DNA from: Azolla caroliniana
Lineage: Eukaryota; Plantae; Polypodiophyta
DNA length: 64,000 bases
Assembly (NCBI GenBank): GCA_043228905.1
Contig: JBHGNT010000002.1
Span: 1,860,001 to 1,924,000, forward strand
Direction: 5' to 3'
Shown here: positions 59,306-64,000 of the stretch, piece by piece
Numbering within the stretch: position 1 is the stretch's first letter
Layout: each line of letters begins with the position of its first letter
The notes under the pieces: model-generated
Told to the model about the DNA's origin: nothing
The model's database searches: none
Seen by the model: only the letters and a program-made list of their open reading frames with translations
Made by a program: the position numbers and the translations under genes

Positions 59306-59391
59306 TGTTGAAGACAAAGTCGTCTGGGCGGAAGATCAAGAAGCATTCGATTGTGTTCTGAATACCTGCGTATGACAGTTTGGAGGTCGTT

Positions 59392-59434
<43 letters not shown>

Positions 59435-62400
59435 CACAAAAATACTTCTTATTCCATATAGCAATAATACAACACCCAACCTTACAAAAAGGTTACAAGG
59501 TCACTATATATAGTGACCGACTTAGGGCAACTACCCTTTATGCTAATTACATAAATGGCCAAAACGGGATAGTGTGAATACGTCCATTATACACATGTAT
59601 TCGACACTCCCCCGTAATGGGCGTATACATGGGTTATCTAAGATTACAGGTATAGACTTAGGTTCTCGGACATATCAGCTTTGTTCGAGTCGGCAGGGTC
59701 CGAAGGCAGAAGACCGAACTGGTCGGGTCGGAACAGTTGAAGCCGATCATTAAGGAACTGATGTCGGTTGTCGGAAACCATCCTGCGCTGTGTCCGGCTC
59801 TAACCGGACTGGTTTGTCGTTACGCCCATCTGATGCCGAAGAGACCGAAAGCGGTCTGCCGAGAGACACTTGGTCATTCCATCTGCGACATTGTCGGTTG
59901 TGGATATTTTCTCTAGACCGATTTTCCCTGAGATGACGCAGTCCCGAACGAAGTGATATCGAACGTCGATATGTTTGGAGGCGTTGTGGTGAACCGGATT
60001 TTTTGACAAGGCAACAGCACCTTGACTGTCGCTGTAGACAACTGGGGCCGAGTCATGGTCGACTTGTCGAAACGTGTGCGCCAGCCGACCGAGCCACAAA
60101 GCTTCTTTTGCTGCGTCGGACGCAGCTACATATTCTGCTTCGGTCGTTGAGGTCGCTGTGCACTCCTGAAGTTTCGACTTCCACGAGATTGCTCCATTGC
60201 CGAATTTGAAGCAGTATCCGGTTGTTGATTTCCGACTGTCTATACAGCCGGCGAAATCCGAGTCGGTGTAACCGACTACGCCTGAGGTTCGGTTCGGACC
60301 GAAAAGAATGCCGTGGTCTTTTGTGCCAGCCAGATATCTGAACACATGCTTGACTGCGTTCCAATGCGATCGGCCAGGATTGTGCATATATCTGCTAACG
60401 ACTCCTACGGCATGAGAGATATCAGGCCGTGTCGCGACCATCAGGTACATAAGGGAGCCGACTGCCGGTGCATACGGTACCGACTTCATATCTTCCCCCT
60501 CCGGACCGGATGTCGGGCAGTCTCGCTGAGAGAGCCGAAGATTCATGGGGAGCGGGGTTGAAGCAGATTTGGCTGATTGCATGTTGAAGCGTTCCAAGAC
60601 ACGTCCGATATAGTCGGTCTGAGACAAAAAAAGATGTCGTTTATCGCGATGCCGACTAATCTTCATGCCAAGGATGTGTCGTGCCGGACCGAGGTCCTTC
60701 ATGGCAAACTTCAACCGCAGTTGCCGAATGAGATCGGCAAGTTCGCCCGCGTGGCGTCCAGAAATTAGCATGTCGTCCACGTAAATGATGAGGAAGATGG
60801 GTGATCCATCTTGAGCTGTGTTGGTAAAGAGACAATGGTCCTCATCGCTTTTTGAGAAGCCGATCGATTGGATGAAGTCGTCGAACTTCTTGTACCATTG
60901 TCGCGGTGCCTGTTTGAGGCCGTATAGACTCTTCCTGAGGCGGCAGACTAGATGTTCTTGGCCAGTTGCCACGAAGCCTTTTGGCTGCTCCATATAAATT
61001 TCCTCCTCGAGATCACCATGGAGGAAGGCTGTTTTGACATCTAGCTGAATCAGCTCCAAGTTGTCGGCTGCCACTACGCCGAGTAGAAAACGAAGGGTTG
61101 TCATTTTCACCACTGGTGAAAAAATCTCGTCGAAGTCGACGCCATATTCTTGTCGGAAGCCCTTCGCAACTAATCTGGCCTTGTACTTTGGGGTGGTCGA
61201 ATCAGACGTCTCTTTTAGTCGATAAACCCACTTGCAAGGAAGAGCACGTCGGTTCCTAGGTAATTCGACCAGATCCCAAGTCTTGTTTGCCCGAATGGAG
61301 TGCATTTCCGACTCCATCGCCAGATGCCAGGTGGCGGAATCGACAGATGTCGATGCTTCTTCGTAAGACGTCGGTTCGCCGGCGTCGGTGAAGAAAATTC
61401 CAAGAGAATACCTCTCCGGAGGTTGCGACAGTCTCTCGGATCGGCGAGGTAAGATTGGACTGGTCGCATCGGGTATCAAGGCCGGATGGTCCGAAAGCGG
61501 ATTGTTCTGCTGTGCCGAGTCGGGGTTGTCCGAGTCGGTAGTGTAAGGTTCAGCTACCCGTGAAGTTGACCGTGTGTTGAGAGCAGGGCCTTCTTGAAGG
61601 GTCGGCACATCGGAAAATGTTACCCTTCGGACTTCGATCGGTTTTTCGACTGATGGATTCATAGCCGACTCGTTGAACACAACGTCCGAACTTCGAACGA
61701 TTTGTCTGCGTTCGGGGTCCCAGAGTCGGTATCCCATTTCGCCGTCGGATCCATATCCGAGGAAAATGCATTTCCTGGACCGAGGTGCAAGTTTTCGGCG
61801 ATCATCTTTCGGAATGAGGGCGTACGCCTCGCATCCGAAGATCCTCAGCTTGTCGTAATTCGGCTTACTGCCGATCCATAGTTCCTGAGGAATTTGAAGT
61901 CCTAGAGGTCTACTTGGCGACATATTGATTATGTGTACTGCCGTGAGTAGAGCCTCTGCCCAGAAGCCATCCGACAGTCCGGAGTGTTGGAGCATGGAAA
62001 CTGTCCGTTCTTGGATTGTCCGATTCATTCGTTCTGCAATCCCGTTTTGCTCCGGACTGTGTGGTGCCGTAAGTTCACGTCGGATGCCGCGTTGTCGGCA
62101 GAATTTGACGAATTCTTCGGATTTAAACTCTCCCCCATTGTCTGTCCGAAAGCATTTCAGCTTTCGGTCGGTTTGATTTTCCACCATAGCGAGCCAATCG
62201 GTGAAGATCGAGAAGACACGATCTTTAGTGCGAATTGGATAAGCCCACACCTTTCGAGTCGAATCGTCAATAAAACTGACGAAGTAAGAGGCACCGCCAA
62301 GAGACTGATGCGGCATTGGGCCACAGACGTCCGAGTGGACCAAATCGAGAGGTCTCCTTTCTCTTGGTGCTGATGTCGGGTGTGATGCGGCTGCTTGTTT

Positions 62401-64000
62401 GCCATACTGACAATGCTCGCAGAATTGATGGTCGAAGAAGGAGAGTTTAGGGATGTATCCGGCTCTAGATAGGTGCGTGATGCCGGCCTTGCTGAGGTGT
62501 CCTAATCTTCTGTGCCATAGTGATGACACAGGAATATCCACCAAAAACAGGTTACCCTCTCTGAGCGTAACATGTAACGAATACAATGAGTGTATCTTGG
62601 GTCCTCTAGCAAGCAGGAGGTTCCCCCTGTGGAGTGTCCACCCTCCCGAAGAAAAACCGGCACGAATGCCGTCTTCATCTAGTTGTCCGACTGAGATCAA
62701 TGGCCTTGAGAGCTCGGGTACATGTCGGACATTGTGAAGTACAAGTGTAGAGCCACCTGCAAGGTTGAGCTCGACTGTGCCGATTCCAATGATGTCACAG
62801 TGTTGCGAGTTGCCGACCCGAACTGAGTCGGAGTGACGGATCGTATATTGCCGAAATTGGGATCGATGAGGAGTCACGTGAAATGACACGCCCGAATCTA
62901 AGAGCCATGTGCTCGATTCTTCAGTCGTGAGCAGAACTTCTGATCCGACTGGATTTTCGATTGATAGTATATTCGGGTCGTCTGGTAGCACATCAGCTGA
63001 GAAGCTGACGTAATTGATCTCCTCATGCCGGCCACTCTTCTTGTTGTTCTTGTTCTTGAGTGCGCGGCAGTCGGCTTTGATGTGTCCGGGTTTCTTGCAA
63101 TAGTTGCAGATTCGGTTATCCCGTGACTGGCTCCGTCTTCGCTGATTGTTCGGCGGCCGTGAGGAATCTCTTCCTCGTATGTTCGATCGGTCTGTCGAAC
63201 CTTGTACTACATAAGCGTCGTCTGTTGAGTCTTTGGCGAAAGACTTTCTCCGAGCTGCTTCGGTCAGGATTGCGCTCGTGACTTCGGAGTATTTAACAGC
63301 CGTGGTTGACGCGTTGCACACGGTTGTGACGAAAGTTTCCCATGATGAGGGAAGGCTGCTCATGAGTATCATTGCTCTGAGTTCATCCTCGATTGCCGTC
63401 CCCTGTGACGAGATTTGGGAGCTTATGCTTTCGTACTCATTGAGGTGTGCTTAAACCGAATCGGATTCTTTCATCCGCAAGTTGTAGAGGCGCCGGATCA
63501 GAAACATCTTCGTTGCGGCGACCTTCTTTTCGTAAGTGTCCGACAGTGTTTTCCACAGTTCGAATGCTGTCGTACACGATTGCACCGTAAAGTATACCGA
63601 TTCCGATAGGTGCATCCGAATCGTGGCGCGGACAATTCTGTCCAGCTTCTGCCACTCAATTGGTTTGTATCCTTCTGGAGGTTCTTCATTTTCGATGGGA
63701 TCGATTTGCCCCTTGACTATGAGATAGTCCTGCATTTGCTCCTTCCAGAAGTTGAAGTTCGATCCATCGAACTTTCGTAGACTCATTTCTGACGAGCCGG
63801 ATGTTGATGCCATCAAATTCGGTTTCGGTTGACGAAGCTCGGTTCGGAGTTGACTACGAACCTTGTTGGAGTGCAGCCAGTTGGCTCACCCGATATCGTT
63901 CTAGTCGGATTTGAACCCGAGTCGGTTCGGCTTCGGAACTTGCTCGAATTGACTCCGGTAACTTGAGGGACAGAACCGACTGGTCTTCCCGAATGTTGCC
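59306..64000 (-). mobile_element. Ty1/Copia retrotransposon (Tnt1/Tork-like); 3' LTR 59606-59306 (301 bp) and PPT; 5' LTR lies beyond the window
   Basis: LTR TGTTGAAG...TTCGACA; PPT ACGGGGGAG on the minus strand next to 59606; full gag-PR-INT-RT-RH order. Confidence 0.95.
59800..63816 (-). pseudogene. Copia gag-pol polyprotein, continuous frame except for one TAA at 63453-63451
   Basis: KFDGSNFNFWK, CNYCKKPGHIKADC, WLLDSG, WHRRLGH..CEHC, HSDVCGP, RTDNGGEF, QNGIAERMNRT, YKARLVAKG, QLDVKTAFLHG, YVDDMLI, GYTDSDFAG, KHIDVRYHF, ADGMTK. ORFs 63451-63816 and 59800-63372 share the same frame. Confidence 0.95.

Noticed and set aside
50600-63727. Numerous short antisense or alternate-frame ORFs over the Gypsy and Copia sequences
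   Set aside because: Shadow ORFs of GC-rich retroelement coding sequence with no independent motifs.

Overview
AT-rich, intron-containing land-plant nuclear DNA, probably from a non-seed vascular plant such as a fern (inferred from the PPR-fragment style and the Gypsy lineage). I can trace three complete spliced host genes with GT-AG introns: a TTM1/TTM2-type uridine-kinase/CYTH protein (minus, 4198-10205, 12 exons), calreticulin-3 ending in HDEL (minus, 29392-33911, 14 exons) and an OBL1-like class-3 lipase (plus, 39888-42241, 5 exons). The first exon of a probable plastid-targeted gene lies at the left edge. The rest is mostly transposon-derived. It includes a 5'-truncated L1-type LINE (18.1-24.4 kb) whose ~2 kb tail before the poly(A) is a mosaic of MAPK, PLS-PPR and possibly CDPK gene fragments. 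From 46 to 64 kb there is a nest of LINE ORF1, solo LTRs, two Gypsy copies (one with a tRNA-Trp PBS; ACG-N target sites) and a near-intact Copia. There are also short TSD-flanked retro-insertions and several tandem arrays. The most novel signals are: (i) minimal type-I hammerhead ribozyme motifs at ~28010 and ~851, together with decayed Penelope-like (Naiad/Chlamys-type) RT motifs; (ii) the gene-capturing LINE tail; (iii) an 8-copy W-box-rich array plus a uORF directly upstream of CRT3. All calls were made by eye; no searches were run.
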